64,000 nucleotides of DNA, from positions 329 through 64,328 of the forward strand of contig JBKJTE010000029.1 of NCBI GenBank assembly GCA_046590495.1, written 5' to 3'. The stretch comes from Gemmatimonas sp. (lineage in GTDB: Bacteria > Gemmatimonadota > Gemmatimonadetes > Gemmatimonadales > Gemmatimonadaceae). The notes below the pieces were generated by a model, which was not told the DNA's origin, made no database searches, and saw only the letters and a list, made by a program, of their open reading frames with translations. Shown here piece by piece: positions 1-13,442 of this stretch. A program made the translations under genes and the position numbers. The stretch's first letter is position 1; every line of letters starts with the position of its first letter.

Positions 1-291
1 GCGCCCGGGGATGCGTCCCGACGGAATCGGGCGCTTGGGTTCGTTGATCGCATCGACGTGACGGTCGAACCAATCATTCACCGCCTGACTCGAAGCGCAG
101 ACGAGCGGGCCCGTGATGCAGATTCCGAGTGCCAGAAGCGGTAGTCGCTCGCTGATGGCAACTCCTGCCGAAATCGCGCCGCAACTAAACGCCCACATCG
201 GCGGAAACCACGTCACCGGCTTGAGCAGTGTCAGGACCGCTTTGGGGTCTGGCCGCCGAGGGGCCACTCGTAAAGGTAAGCTGACGCTCAT
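1..291 (-). CDS. bchG: Bacteriochlorophyll synthase BchG, N-terminal ~97 codons (3' end lies beyond the left window edge)
   Basis: Manual minus-strand translation from ATG at 291: MSVSLPLRVAPRRPDPKAVLTLLKPVTWFPPMWAFSCGAISAG...SSQAVNDWFDRHVDAINEPKRPIPSGRIPGR. This is the UbiA-prenyltransferase NDxxDxxxD motif with a BchG/ChlG-type N-terminus. It is absent from the ORF track because it has no in-window stop. Confidence 0.85.
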   Translation of the reverse strand, partial: MSVSLPLRVAPRRPDPKAVLTLLKPVTWFPPMWAFSCGAISAGVAISERLPLLALGICITGPLVCASSQAVNDWFDRHVDAINEPKRPIPSGRIPGR

Positions 292-293
292 GG

Positions 294-311
294 TGTCCAG
301 TTTAGTTTACA
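294..311. promoter_or_regulatory. PpsR/CrtJ-type palindrome TGT-N12-ACA (TGTCCAGTTTAGTTTACA) immediately upstream of the bchG start
   Basis: Exact match to the TGT-N12-ACA consensus counted in the sequence. It lies in the 70-nt gap between the ppsR stop (362) and the bchG ATG (291). Confidence 0.45.
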
Positions 312-361
312 GTACTGAAATGCAACAGAGAATTTTTTGCCTCTCTGCGAAATTTCGACTG

Positions 362-1801
362 TTAGCTGACCGGCTCTTCGTCTCGGTCGGTGCCTGGGGA
401 GACAAGACGGTGCCTTCGTAGCTTGACGTACAGGCTCTGTCGGCTGACGCCGAGGACTTCAGCGGCCGAGGTTCGGTTGTCGTTGGTGAGGTCGAGGGCC
501 GCTTCTATGAAGTGCCGTTCGACCAGGTCAACGGTGTCGCGCACCAGGTCGCGCAACGAGACTCGTCCTACCAGCGAGGTCAACTCTTCGACCGCTCTGG
601 TCAGATCGCGAGCGCCGGCCGGGGTACTGGCGAGGCGCCGCCCGATATCGCGCAGTGTGAAGCCGATGCACGGCTCTTCACCCTCCGGGACCCAGACCGC
701 CGAGACTTCCACTTCACTTTGACCGCCGTGGGCACCGCGAGCCGCCGTTCCGATCAGCCGAACGGCGCCGTTTTTCTTGAGCATGCTCAGGAAGACTGGA
801 AAATCGGCGCCGGGGCGACCGATCCAGTTGCCGAACGGCTGTCCACGGACCTGATCCTGACTGGCCAACTCCGTGATATCGAGGAACGCACGATTGGCCG
901 TCAGCACGACTCCATCGAGATCGGTCACAGCAAATCCGTCGGGCGACCGCTCGATCAGATCGAGGAGTCGCGCCGGCGATCCGGCTGTCGCCTCAGGAGA
1001 CGCCGCTTCAGTGGGCGAAAGGCGAACCAGAAGCAACGTCGCCGATTCCTGACGGAAACAGGACGCCGACGCATGGTAGGTGCGCTCGTTGCCGGTGATC
1101 GCGATCGTGATATCGCCAGCTCGGCCGGCGCTCCGGGCCGTCGACAATAGAGTCTCGATCGCGCGGGTGCTTCCGGCGGCGACACCAAACGGAAACGTCC
1201 GGCCGATCAGCCGATCTGGGGACTCGCCGAACATCGTCCCGGCAGCGCCGTTCGCGTCGAGCACTTTCAGTGTTGTCGCATCGACGACGAGGATGCCATC
1301 GCTCGCGAGCTGAAAGAGCAGGCGGTAGCGCGTTTCGACGTGACGGAGCCGCCAGTAGTCGCGTTCCATCGACTGCTGTGCTTCGACCAGTCGCTGTTGC
1401 AACGCGGAGACGTAACGCATGTCGCGCCCGACGGCGACGATTTCGCCGGCCTTGCCAAGGCGGAGCGTGGTGTATGAAAACGGGACCTCAACCCCATCGG
1501 TGACGGTGTGGTTGACCTGTCTCCGCTTGGACATGCCGCTGGTGGCCGCTTCCCGTAGCAGCGACTCGATCTTGAGCTTCGTGTCAGCGGTTACGGTGTC
1601 GACCCAAGGCTGGCCGACCCAAAGTTTCGTGTCGGCGAACTGCGCTTCGGCGCCGCTGACGGCTACGTCGCGAATGACTCCTGCGCTGTCCATGACCAGC
1701 GCGATGTCGCCCGCGACGGCGAGCAGCGCGGCCGCCGACCGTGCATCCAGATCACCGAAAACGGGGTCACTCGCGTCGAACGGCTTCACTGAGCTCGCCA
1801 T
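362..1801 (-). CDS. ppsR: PpsR/CrtJ transcriptional repressor of photosynthesis genes (PAS repeats plus C-terminal Fis-type HTH)
   Basis: ORF 362..1867. It has multiple PAS-like repeats and the C-terminal HTH NDNRTSAAEVLGVSRQSLYVKLRRHRL. Its position next to ppaA and bchF is typical. I prefer the ATG at 1801 (MASSVKPFDAS...), which overlaps the ppaA 3' end by 35 nt; the start is uncertain. Confidence 0.9.
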   Translation of the reverse strand: MASSVKPFDASDPVFGDLDARSAAALLAVAGDIALVMDSAGVIRDVAVSGAEAQFADTKLWVGQPWVDTVTADTKLKIESLLREAATSGMSKRRQVNHTVTDGVEVPFSYTTLRLGKAGEIVAVGRDMRYVSALQQRLVEAQQSMERDYWRLRHVETRYRLLFQLASDGILVVDATTLKVLDANGAAGTMFGESPDRLIGRTFPFGVAAGSTRAIETLLSTARSAGRAGDITIAITGNERTYHASASCFRQESATLLLVRLSPTEAASPEATAGSPARLLDLIERSPDGFAVTDLDGVVLTANRAFLDITELASQDQVRGQPFGNWIGRPGADFPVFLSMLKKNGAVRLIGTAARGAHGGQSEVEVSAVWVPEGEEPCIGFTLRDIGRRLASTPAGARDLTRAVEELTSLVGRVSLRDLVRDTVDLVERHFIEAALDLTNDNRTSAAEVLGVSRQSLYVKLRRHRLVSPGTDRDEEPVS

Positions 1802-2711
1802 GGCCACTGATTCCCTCCCGCATGTTGCCGAGAGGAGATGTGGAGGCGGTGGCAGCGAGCAATGCACGAGCGATCACTGGCGCTTCGCGGGCGTCGACTG
1901 CGTACGCGTCGGCGCCGACACGCGAGACCATGTCCCGATCGTCGACGAAGACTTTGCCGCCAACCATTACCCGCACGTTTGGGTTGCGCGATGACGACCG
2001 GAGACGACGAATCTCCCGTTTCAGCGTCGAGAGGCGGTTTTCGCAGCCGACAGAGAACCCGATGACGTCGAACCATTCGGAGGAAACCATAGCCAACAGG
2101 TCCGCTTCAGTCCATGGCGCACCGACCAGCACGCGCCATCCATCGCGGAGCATGAATTCAGCGACGATGATTGCGCCGAGGGTGTGCTGCTCGCCCGGGA
2201 CGCAGGTGAGCAGCACGTTGCCGACCGTTTCGAGGCGACCCGCGTCGGCGAGAAACACCTGCGACAGGTCGCGCAGAAGGCGCTGGATACGTCCCATCGC
2301 CACCGTCACTTCGACGAAATCGCATTCGTCGGAGTCCCAAAGGGTGCCCAGTCGTCGTGCGGTGGGCGCGAGCAAGTCGACGTAGATCGCGTCGATGGCT
2401 GTGCCATTCGCGACCAGATCCCGGACGTACTGAACAGCCAGACCGTCTTCCTGGCCGCGGACCGCGGCCACGAAAGCGGTGACGTCGGCATCGGAGAGAT
2501 GACGGGCCACGGCTGAGGTGGTCGAGGGAGGGACAGGTCCGGCCCGGTGGCTCAACATGAGCCGTGGCACAATCTCATTCTGGATCATGCGTTCGAGACG
2601 TTCGCGTTGGCGAGCGGCGGCAGACTGCGTAACGTCCACGGGTTCACTTCGACCGAGTGCGCTGATTTCTAGTGGTCTTTCCACGGCGGGGGTCTGGGAC
2701 GCGCCGAACAT
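1767..2711 (-). CDS. ppaA: PpaA/AerR cobalamin-binding antirepressor-type regulator
   Basis: B12-binding-domain signature ExHxxG in VPGEQHTLGAIIVAEFMLRDGWRVLVG. Position is immediately upstream of ppsR. The long ORF 1767..3125 was trimmed to the ATG at 2711 (MFGASQTPAV...) because its upstream part runs across the bchF promoter and start. Confidence 0.8.
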   Translation of the reverse strand: MFGASQTPAVERPLEISALGRSEPVDVTQSAAARQRERLERMIQNEIVPRLMLSHRAGPVPPSTTSAVARHLSDADVTAFVAAVRGQEDGLAVQYVRDLVANGTAIDAIYVDLLAPTARRLGTLWDSDECDFVEVTVAMGRIQRLLRDLSQVFLADAGRLETVGNVLLTCVPGEQHTLGAIIVAEFMLRDGWRVLVGAPWTEADLLAMVSSEWFDVIGFSVGCENRLSTLKREIRRLRSSSRNPNVRVMVGGKVFVDDRDMVSRVGADAYAVDAREAPVIARALLAATASTSPLGNMREGISGHGELSEAVRRE

Positions 2712-2779
2712 TGCCGTTATGCCTCCCGGGCGCAAGAACGAAAAGATTCCGAGGCGAACATTGCGCGCCTCGGCCCGAT

Positions 2780-4749
<1,970 letters not shown>

Positions 4750-4758
4750 GCGGATATC

Positions 4759-6456
4759 ATGCAACTCACACTCTGGACGTACGAAGGACCGCCGCACGTC
4801 GGCGCGATGCGCATCGCCACTTCAATGGAAGGCGTGCACTACGTGTTGCATGCCCCACAGGGCGATACGTACGCCGATTTGTTGTTCACCATGATCGAGC
4901 GTCGCGATAAACGCCCGCCGGTCACGTACACGACATTTCAGGCGCGCGACCTTGGTGGAGACACCGCAGAATTGGTGAAAGCGTCGGTGCGATCTGCGTA
5001 CGAGCGCTTCAAGCCGCAAGCGATGCTCGTCGGCGAATCGTGCACCGCGGAACTCATTCAGGATCAACCGGGGACGCTGGCGCAGAGTATGGGGCTGCCG
5101 ATTCCCGTCGTTCCGCTCGAGTTGCCGGCGTATTCGAAGAAGGAGAACTGGGGCGCGAGCGAAACGTTTTACCATCTCGTGCGTGCCCTGCTGCTGCCCG
5201 TTGCGCCCGCACCTGGAACTGCGCGTACACCGCGTCCGGAAGGACGCCGCGCGCGGTGCAACCTGCTCGGCCCGACGCTGCTTGGCTTCCGCAATCGCGA
5301 CGACGTGCGCGAGATCACGCGACTGTTGTCAGACGTGGGAGTCGATGTGCATGTCTGCGCCCCCCTTGGCGCGTCGCCCGCTGATGTGCGTACGATCCCT
5401 GACGCCGACTTCAATGTCGTGCTCTATCCGGAGATCGCAGAGACGACTGCGCGCTGGCTGCAGAAGACGTTTGGCATGCCGTATGTGAAGACGGTGCCGA
5501 TCGGTGTTGGCGCGACGCGCGATTTTCTTCGCGAAGTCGGTACGATGGCAGGTGTGAATGTCGAGCCGGTTCTGTCACGCGAGCGTGTTGGCGACGCGCA
5601 GATGGACTCCAGTCAGTCTTTACTGCCATGGTACTCGCGGTCGGTTGACGCGACGTATCTCACCGGTAAGCGCGTGTTCATCTTCGGCGACGCGACGCAT
5701 GTGCTGGCCGCTGCCCGTATCGCCAAAGACGAACTTGGATTCAATGTGGTCGGGATCGGCACGTATGCGCGCGAGTACGCGCGCGATGTGCGTGACGCGG
5801 CCAAGGCGATGGGGATCGACGCGATCATCAGCGACGACTATCTCGAAGTGGAAAAGGCAGTTGGTGATCTTGCCGTCGAGCTGGTACTCGGCACGCAGAT
5901 GGAACGGCACATCGCCAAACGGCTTGGCGTGCCGTGCGCCGTGATTTCGTCACCCATTCACGTGCAGGATGTGCCGGCCCGGCACTCGCCCCAGATGGGT
6001 TTCGAAGGTGCCAACGTGATCTTCGATACGTGGGTGCATCCACTGATGATGGGGCTCGAAGAACATCTGCTGCAGATGTTCCGCGAGGACTTCGAATTCG
6101 GCGATGGCAAGACGGCGTCGCATTTGCAGTCTGTGGGTGGAGCGCCAAAGCTTCAGCCGCCTGCGCCGGCGGTTGAGCCAAACACCGGCGAGTGGCAGAC
6201 GAATCCCGAGCCGGCGGGTGCTGTTGGTCTCGCAGAAGAAGAAAGTGAGGGTGTGCCCGAGCTGACGCCGCCCACGGGCACAGTGATCGCAGGTTCAGCG
6301 CGGTGGCTTACGTCAGCCGAGACGGAGCTCAAGAAGATTCCGTTTTTCGTGCGCGGAAAAGCCCGACGCAACACCGAGAAGTACGCGGCCGAACTCGGGA
6401 TCGCAGAGATTTCCGTCGACACGCTCTACGAGGCCAAGGCGCACTATGGCAAATAG
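4759..6456 (+). CDS. bchB: Light-independent protochlorophyllide reductase subunit B
   Basis: [48 protein letters not shown] is the BchB/ChlB signature. It follows bchN. Confidence 0.95.
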   Translation: MQLTLWTYEGPPHVGAMRIATSMEGVHYVLHAPQGDTYADLLFTMIERRDKRPPVTYTTFQARDLGGDTAELVKASVRSAYERFKPQAMLVGESCTAELIQDQPGTLAQSMGLPIPVVPLELPAYSKKENWGASETFYHLVRALLLPVAPAPGTARTPRPEGRRARCNLLGPTLLGFRNRDDVREITRLLSDVGVDVHVCAPLGASPADVRTIPDADFNVVLYPEIAETTARWLQKTFGMPYVKTVPIGVGATRDFLREVGTMAGVNVEPVLSRERVGDAQMDSSQSLLPWYSRSVDATYLTGKRVFIFGDATHVLAAARIAKDELGFNVVGIGTYAREYARDVRDAAKAMGIDAIISDDYLEVEKAVGDLAVELVLGTQMERHIAKRLGVPCAVISSPIHVQDVPARHSPQMGFEGANVIFDTWVHPLMMGLEEHLLQMFREDFEFGDGKTASHLQSVGGAPKLQPPAPAVEPNTGEWQTNPEPAGAVGLAEEESEGVPELTPPTGTVIAGSARWLTSAETELKKIPFFVRGKARRNTEKYAAELGIAEISVDTLYEAKAHYGK

Positions 6457-9400
6457 GCCTGTCGCGCTCCGCTTCGTGATTGTTACGCTCGACTCGCACC
6501 TCGCTGATGCGTTCGAGCGGGCGAAGCAAGCGCTGCAACGTGATCTTCCGGGGCTGGCCATCAGCATGCACGTCGCGGCCGATTGGGGCAGCGACCCGTC
6601 GCTGGCAGAACGTGCGCGTAACGATATTGCCCGTGCTGATTTCATCGCCTGTACGCAACTGTTTCAGGAAGAGTACGCGAAGGAGGTGCTGGCAGCCGTT
6701 CAGGCACGTCGGGTCGACGCCGACGCCGTGTTGTGCGCGCTGTGCACGCCGGAGTTGGTGAAGTGCACGCGGCTCGGTCGCTTCGACATGGCGGGCGGCG
6801 AGAACCGGTCTCCGTTTTCGCCGATCTCATTGCTCAAAAAGTTTCGCGGTTCGCGTGAAGATGGAAAGTCGAGCGGCGAGCGCCAGATGACTGCGCTCCG
6901 AACGCTCCCCAAGTTGCTCAAGTTCATTCCAGGCCCGGCGCAGGATGTCCGCGCGTACCTGTTGCTATTGCAGTATTGGCTTGCTGGGTCGGATACGAAC
7001 ATCGAACAGATGGTGCGCTATCTGATCGACCGGTATGCGGTTGGTCCGCGCGCGGTGTTGAAAGGTGCGCTCAAGCCAAAAGACCCCGAGCAGTATCCTG
7101 AAGTGGGCGTGTGGCATCCCGATCTTCCAAACCGCGGTATCGCGGCGCAGGCGAAAGTACTGCCGAGTGCGAAGAACGCGAAGGGAACGGTTGGCGTATT
7201 GGTCGGTCGGTCGTACCTGCTGGCCGACAATACGGCCCACTATGCCGCAGTGGTGCGCGCGCTCGAGGCACAGGGGCTGCGCACGATTCCAGCGTTTGCG
7301 TCTGCGCTCGACGCGCGGCCGGCGATCACGCAGTTCTTCCGTGATCGTGATGGGCGGCCCGTGATCGATGCGATGCTCAATCTCACCGGCTTTTCGCTCG
7401 TGGGCGGACCAGCGTACAACGACGCGATTTCAGCTCAGGCTGAACTGAAGACGCTCGACGTGCCGTATTTGACGTTGCAGACACTTGAATTTCAGACCAT
7501 CGACGAGTGGCGTGCGGACGCCCGCGGATTGAACCCGTTGCAGGCCACGCTGCAGGTGGCGATTCCCGAGATCGATGGCGCGATTATTCCGACTGTGTTC
7601 GGCGGCAAGGGTCGCTCGACGGACGGCAAGGCCGCAGCTTCGGAGCCGATCGCTGAGCGTGTTGATCGTATTGCGCAGCGCGTCGCGCGACTGGTGTCGT
7701 TGCGGCGCAAGGAACGCGCAGAACGCAAGCTTGCGCTGATTCTGTTCAACTTCCCGCCGAACGCTGGCAACACGGGCAGTGCGGCGTATCTCGCGGTCTT
7801 TCCGTCGATGCAGCGCGTACTCGCGTCGTTGAAAGAGCAGGGCTACACCGTCGAGTTACCCGCAAGCGCCGACGATCTGCGTGAGCGCATCACGAATGGC
7901 AATCGCGAACGGTTTGGTGCTCCGGCCAATGTGCACACACGCATCCCCGTTGACGATCACGTCCGGCGCGAACGGTTCCTCGCTGAAATCGAGCGGACGT
8001 GGGGGGCAGCACCCGGCAAGGCGCTCACTGATGGCCAGTCGCTCTATGTCATGGGCATACAGTTGGGGAACGTCTTCATCGGCGTGCAACCGTCGTTCGG
8101 ATGGGAAGGCGATCCGATGCGACTACTGTTCGAAGGCAATTTTGCGCCGACGCATGCGTTCAGCGCGTTCTATCGTTGGCTCAAGGAAGACTATCAGGCC
8201 GATGCGGTGTTGCACTTCGGTACCCACGGTGCGCTGGAGTTTATGCCCGGCAAGCAGGCAGGGCTCGATAGCACGTGCTGGCCGGAGCGTTTGATCGGCG
8301 ACTTGCCGAATGTGTACCTGTACGCGTCCAACAACTCCTCCGAAGGGACCTTGGCCAAACGTCGTGGCAATGCGACGTTGGTGTCGTACCTCACGCCGCC
8401 CATTGCGAACGCCGGACTCTATCGCGGGCTCGCCGATCTCAAGTCGTCGCTCGATCGGTGGCGCGCGCTCGACAAGTCGGGTGCCGATGAAGCCAATGCG
8501 CTGCGAGCGCTCGTGCAGCAGCAGGCCTTCGCCGTCGATCTCGCCGTCGCGGAACCCGCGTGGAGCGTAGGCGAGGCCGACGCGAACATCACGATGCTCC
8601 GCGAACGGTTGCTGGAGCTCGAGTACACGCTCATTCCGATGGGGCTGCACGTTGTTGGTGAAGGAATGTCGGCCGCGGCGCGGACCGATGTGCTGATGGA
8701 GATTGCGCGCGTTGGTCGTCCGGAGGCGGAGTTGCCGCCGATCGCGTCGACAATCGTTGGTGCCGACGCGACGCCAGACATGATGCGCAACGGCGACGCA
8801 ATCGCGCGATGTGCTGTTGCGGCGCTCGTTGAGTCGGGGCGCGTCGATGTCGCTGTGCGCGCGGCCAAAGACGCAGCGCGCGCGGACAACGTTCGCATTG
8901 CCGACGATCGCGCATTTGCGCAGCACCTCGATCTGCTGGCACCGCTCGATCCGCTGCTGCGCGAAGATCACGAAATCCCCGGCATCCTGCGTGCGCTTGA
9001 CGCGCGTTATGTGGCGCCGGCACCTGGTGGGGATCTGTTGCGCAATCCGCAGGTGTTGCCAACCGGACGCAATCTCTACGGGTTCGATCCGTATCGCGTG
9101 CCGAGTGCGGTCGCCATGCTGGAAGGACGCGTGAGAGCCGAGAGTCTGTTGTCGCGCAATGCGGCCGATGGGAATGCATTCCCAGAGACGATCGCGCTGG
9201 TGCTTTGGGGCACTGACAACATGAAAAGCGAAGGTGCCCCGTTGGCGCAGGCGATGGCGCTGATGGGTGTCGTGCCGCGTTTTGATGGTGTCGGTCGCTT
9301 GAGTGGCGCGCGACTCGTTTCGCTCGAACAGCTTGGACGGCCGCGCGTTGACGTGGTGATCACACTGTCGGGAATCTTCCGCGATCTATTGCCGTTGCAG

Positions 9401-10261
9401 GTGAAGTTGCTCGCCGAAGCCGCACTGCTGTGCGCCGAAGCCGACGAAGATCCGTCGCGCAATTTCATTCGTAAACATGCACTCGCGACAATGGCCGAAA
9501 CCGGCTGCGATATGGCGACCGCGGCGCTGCGTGTCTTCTCCAACGCAGACGGCGCGTACGGTTCCAACGTGAACCTGCTCGTCGAAACGGGTCGTTGGGA
9601 AAAGGAAGACGATCTCGCCGATCAGTTTGTGCAGCGCAAGTCGTACGCGTACGGCGTGAACGGGCGCCCGACGGCGCAGCCTGCGCTCATGAAGCGGGCA
9701 CTCGGCACGGCAGAATTGTCATTCCAGGGACTTGACTCGGTCGATCTCGGCGCCACCGACATCGATCAGTATGTGGAGTCGCTTGGCGGTATGACGCGCG
9801 TGATAGCCCAGCAGCGCGGTGGTGACACGCCGGCCGTATACGTTGGCGATTTCAGTGGTGCCGCCGGTAAGGTCCGCACGCTGACGGAGCAAGTGGAGCT
9901 TGAGTCGCGCACCAAGATGCTCAATCCCAAGTGGTACGAGGGGCAGCTGCAGTACGGCTACGAAGGGGTTCGCAACATCACCGGACATGTGGCCACGACG
10001 CTTGGCTGGTCCGCGACTGGTGGCAAGGCAGCCGTACCGCAGTGGGTCTACACCGAAGTCTCCAAGACATTCGTGTTGGATGCGGCGATGCGCGATCGGC
10101 TCGCGAGCATGAATCCGAATTCTGCTGCGGGACTCGTGCAGAAGTTGCTCGAAGCAAACGATCGCGGTTACTGGGAACCGGATGACACAACACTGGAGGC
10201 GCTGCGCGATGCTGCAGCGGACCTCGAGGATCGACTGGAAGGGGTGTATGCAGCAACATGA
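6446..10261 (+). CDS. bchH: Magnesium chelatase H subunit
   Basis: 1271-aa CobN/BchH-family protein in the bchB-bchH-bchL position. It overlaps the bchB 3' end by 11 nt. Confidence 0.95.
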   Translation: MANRPVALRFVIVTLDSHLADAFERAKQALQRDLPGLAISMHVAADWGSDPSLAERARNDIARADFIACTQLFQEEYAKEVLAAVQARRVDADAVLCALCTPELVKCTRLGRFDMAGGENRSPFSPISLLKKFRGSREDGKSSGERQMTALRTLPKLLKFIPGPAQDVRAYLLLLQYWLAGSDTNIEQMVRYLIDRYAVGPRAVLKGALKPKDPEQYPEVGVWHPDLPNRGIAAQAKVLPSAKNAKGTVGVLVGRSYLLADNTAHYAAVVRALEAQGLRTIPAFASALDARPAITQFFRDRDGRPVIDAMLNLTGFSLVGGPAYNDAISAQAELKTLDVPYLTLQTLEFQTIDEWRADARGLNPLQATLQVAIPEIDGAIIPTVFGGKGRSTDGKAAASEPIAERVDRIAQRVARLVSLRRKERAERKLALILFNFPPNAGNTGSAAYLAVFPSMQRVLASLKEQGYTVELPASADDLRERITNGNRERFGAPANVHTRIPVDDHVRRERFLAEIERTWGAAPGKALTDGQSLYVMGIQLGNVFIGVQPSFGWEGDPMRLLFEGNFAPTHAFSAFYRWLKEDYQADAVLHFGTHGALEFMPGKQAGLDSTCWPERLIGDLPNVYLYASNNSSEGTLAKRRGNATLVSYLTPPIANAGLYRGLADLKSSLDRWRALDKSGADEANALRALVQQQAFAVDLAVAEPAWSVGEADANITMLRERLLELEYTLIPMGLHVVGEGMSAAARTDVLMEIARVGRPEAELPPIASTIVGADATPDMMRNGDAIARCAVAALVESGRVDVAVRAAKDAARADNVRIADDRAFAQHLDLLAPLDPLLREDHEIPGILRALDARYVAPAPGGDLLRNPQVLPTGRNLYGFDPYRVPSAVAMLEGRVRAESLLSRNAADGNAFPETIALVLWGTDNMKSEGAPLAQAMALMGVVPRFDGVGRLSGARLVSLEQLGRPRVDVVITLSGIFRDLLPLQVKLLAEAALLCAEADEDPSRNFIRKHALATMAETGCDMATAALRVFSNADGAYGSNVNLLVETGRWEKEDDLADQFVQRKSYAYGVNGRPTAQPALMKRALGTAELSFQGLDSVDLGATDIDQYVESLGGMTRVIAQQRGGDTPAVYVGDFSGAAGKVRTLTEQVELESRTKMLNPKWYEGQLQYGYEGVRNITGHVATTLGWSATGGKAAVPQWVYTEVSKTFVLDAAMRDRLASMNPNSAAGLVQKLLEANDRGYWEPDDTTLEALRDAAADLEDRLEGVYAAT

Positions 10262-11182
<921 letters not shown>

Positions 11183-11184
11183 CC

Positions 11185-11988
11185 ATGGCGGAAACCGTTG
11201 TGTCATCGCCGCATTCGGACCCGTCGTGGGTCGGGGCGCCGGTCGAGGGCTCTCAGGCCGCATCGTTGTCGTACCTCGAGCGGCGGGCCTGGATCGGTGA
11301 GTATTTCGATCGTACGGCAGCTGCGGGTTGGAAGACACTGACTTCCGACGCGCCGGTGTCACGGGTGCGCGCGTCCGTCCGTGCGGGACGCGACACGATG
11401 CGGCACACGTTACTCAGCTGGTTGCCGACCGATCTGTCGGGCGCGCGTGTTCTGGACGCAGGGTGCGGCACCGGAATGCTGGCGGTCGATCTGGCACTCC
11501 GCGGGGCGAGTGTCGTGGCCGTTGATTTGTCACCAACACTCGTCGGCTACGGCGTTGAGCGTGCGGTCACCGCAGGCGTCGCCGATCGCATCGATTTCCG
11601 TGCCGGCGACATGCTCGATCCATCGTTCGGCGATTTCGATATCGCCGTCGGGATGGATTCGCTGATTCACTACGACCTGCCCGAAATTCTTGCATCGCTC
11701 GCGCGACTCGTTCAGCGTACGCGCGACCAGGTGCTCTTCACGGTCGCGCCATTTACGCCCGTGCTCGGAACATTGCTTACCGTAGGTCGCTTGTTCCCGC
11801 AGCGTGATCGCTCGCCACGCATCGTCCCGATGTCGGAGCGCCGTCTGCGCAAAGCCATTGCATCGACGATCACGCTGGACACTTGGCAGATGGCGCGCAC
11901 ACAGCGTGTCGAGCGAGGCTTTTATCGCTCACAGGCGTACGAGTTGCACCGTTCACCTGGCGCTGCGGCGTTTCCGCGCGCCGACTGA
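11185..11988 (+). CDS. bchM: Mg-protoporphyrin IX O-methyltransferase
   Basis: SAM-methyltransferase motif VLDAGCGTGMLAVDLA and BchM-like context. The track start at 11179 is TTG; the ATG at 11185 (MAETVV) is more likely. Confidence 0.9.
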   Translation: MAETVVSSPHSDPSWVGAPVEGSQAASLSYLERRAWIGEYFDRTAAAGWKTLTSDAPVSRVRASVRAGRDTMRHTLLSWLPTDLSGARVLDAGCGTGMLAVDLALRGASVVAVDLSPTLVGYGVERAVTAGVADRIDFRAGDMLDPSFGDFDIAVGMDSLIHYDLPEILASLARLVQRTRDQVLFTVAPFTPVLGTLLTVGRLFPQRDRSPRIVPMSERRLRKAIASTITLDTWQMARTQRVERGFYRSQAYELHRSPGAAAFPRAD

Positions 11989-12013
11989 TTCAGATCTGGA
12001 GAGGAACGTTCGG

Positions 12014-12346
12014 ATGATGATACCGGGATGGGGCGTGGCTGCCGCGGCTGCCGCGGCCGTTGCGATGTGGTATGGCGCAACGCGTCGCGTGGATGTGCCG
12101 TGTACGGTCGATCTCGAATCGAGTCACGATCACTTTCACGCGCACGTTGATTTGAACGGCGTTGAAGTCGATCCCGATGACGAAGTGCTGGTGCATGGCA
12201 CACCGTCGCGCGTTCCGTTCGGCACGCAGCGCACCTTCGCCAGCACGGCAACGGTGCAGCGCGCAAGCTGGCTCCGTCGTCAGTTCGTCAAGCTTACTGG
12301 TGGAACTGAGTTGTACGAGTTGTACGACGTCGGTTTCGAGGGCTGA
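12014..12346 (+). CDS. Small conserved PGC protein directly upstream of acsF (BciE-like position); one N-terminal TM plus a soluble domain
   Basis: ATG at 12014 (MMIPGWGVAAAAAAAVAMWYG...), 110 aa, ending 6 nt before acsF. The upstream part of track ORF 11804..12346 overlaps bchM and is discarded. The BciE assignment rests on position only. Confidence 0.55.
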   Translation: MMIPGWGVAAAAAAAVAMWYGATRRVDVPCTVDLESSHDHFHAHVDLNGVEVDPDDEVLVHGTPSRVPFGTQRTFASTATVQRASWLRRQFVKLTGGTELYELYDVGFEG

Positions 12347-12352
12347 GAGCAC

Positions 12353-13438
12353 ATGTATCCCACCGCAACAGAAGTACCGACACGCGCCTACACGCCGCCC
12401 AACGAATCAACGAAGTCCGCGCAGCAGAACGCGATGCTCAGTCCGCGTTTCTACACGACGGACTTCAAAGCGATGGATGCGCTGAAGATCAAGCCGGAGA
12501 ACCGTCAGATGTGGGCGGACATCCTGGCTGAATTCCGTAGCGATCCAAACAAGGATCACTTCAAGCGCAACGCCGACTTCGACGCCGACTTCTCGTCGAT
12601 GGATCCTGCGCTGCGCGAGCAATTCATCGACTTCCTCGTTTCGTCGGTTACGGCAGAATTCAGTGGTTGCATTTTGTACGCCGAGATCAAGAAGCGGATC
12701 AAGAATCCTGAGGTGCGCGAGCTGTTCGGATTCATGAGTCGCGACGAAGGTCGTCATGCCGGCTTCATCAACCACACGCTCAATGACTTCGATGTAGCCG
12801 TGGACCTCAGCTTTCTCACGAAGGCGAAGAAGTACACGTTCTTTCAACCGAAGTTCATCTTCTACGCAACGTATCTGTCAGAGAAGATCGGATACGCGCG
12901 CTACATCACCATCTACCGCAATTTCGAACAACAGCCAGACAAGCGCTTCCACCCGATCTTCAAGTGGTTCGAGAATTGGTGCCTCGACGAATTTCGTCAC
13001 GGCGAAGCGTTTGCGGTGCTCATGCGTTCGAATCCCGAGCTGCTTGAAGGACGCAATCGCCTGTGGATTCGTTTTTTTCTGTTGGCGGTGTTCTGCACCA
13101 TGTACGTGCGTGATCACGCACGTGCGCCATTTTTCAAGCAGATGGGAATGGATGTCGACGTCTTCGACCGCAAAGTCATCAAGCTGACAAATCTCATTTG
13201 TCGACAGGTGTTTCCGCACACGTTGGACACAGAGAGCGAGGAGTTCTGGGCGCTGCTGGGTCGTATGTGGCGGAACACGGACGCGATGCGTAAAGCCGAG
13301 GAAGCGGGCGGAGTCTTTGCGACCCTGAAGGTCACGGCGCTCAAGGGACGCAACGCACTGATCTTTTTGCAACTGTTCCTGCGACCGCCGCACAAGCAGC
13401 CGTTGCCGGCGGACGTCCGCATGCAGCCGAGCTGGTAG
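12353..13438 (+). CDS. acsF: Aerobic (oxygen-dependent) Mg-protoporphyrin IX monomethyl ester cyclase
   Basis: Di-iron carboxylate protein with AcsF-type motifs (FYTTDFKAMD, EFSGCILYAEI, SRDEGRHAGF, LDEFRHGEAF). Confidence 0.95.
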   Translation: MYPTATEVPTRAYTPPNESTKSAQQNAMLSPRFYTTDFKAMDALKIKPENRQMWADILAEFRSDPNKDHFKRNADFDADFSSMDPALREQFIDFLVSSVTAEFSGCILYAEIKKRIKNPEVRELFGFMSRDEGRHAGFINHTLNDFDVAVDLSFLTKAKKYTFFQPKFIFYATYLSEKIGYARYITIYRNFEQQPDKRFHPIFKWFENWCLDEFRHGEAFAVLMRSNPELLEGRNRLWIRFFLLAVFCTMYVRDHARAPFFKQMGMDVDVFDRKVIKLTNLICRQVFPHTLDTESEEFWALLGRMWRNTDAMRKAEEAGGVFATLKVTALKGRNALIFLQLFLRPPHKQPLPADVRMQPSW

Positions 13439-13442
13439 TCGT

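Noticed and set aside
113-421. ORF 113..421(+) of 102 aa as a possible small gene between bchG and ppsR.
   Set aside because: Most of it is antisense to the bchG N-terminal coding region, and it spans the bchG/ppsR gap into the ppsR 3' end. No motif or RBS is evident.
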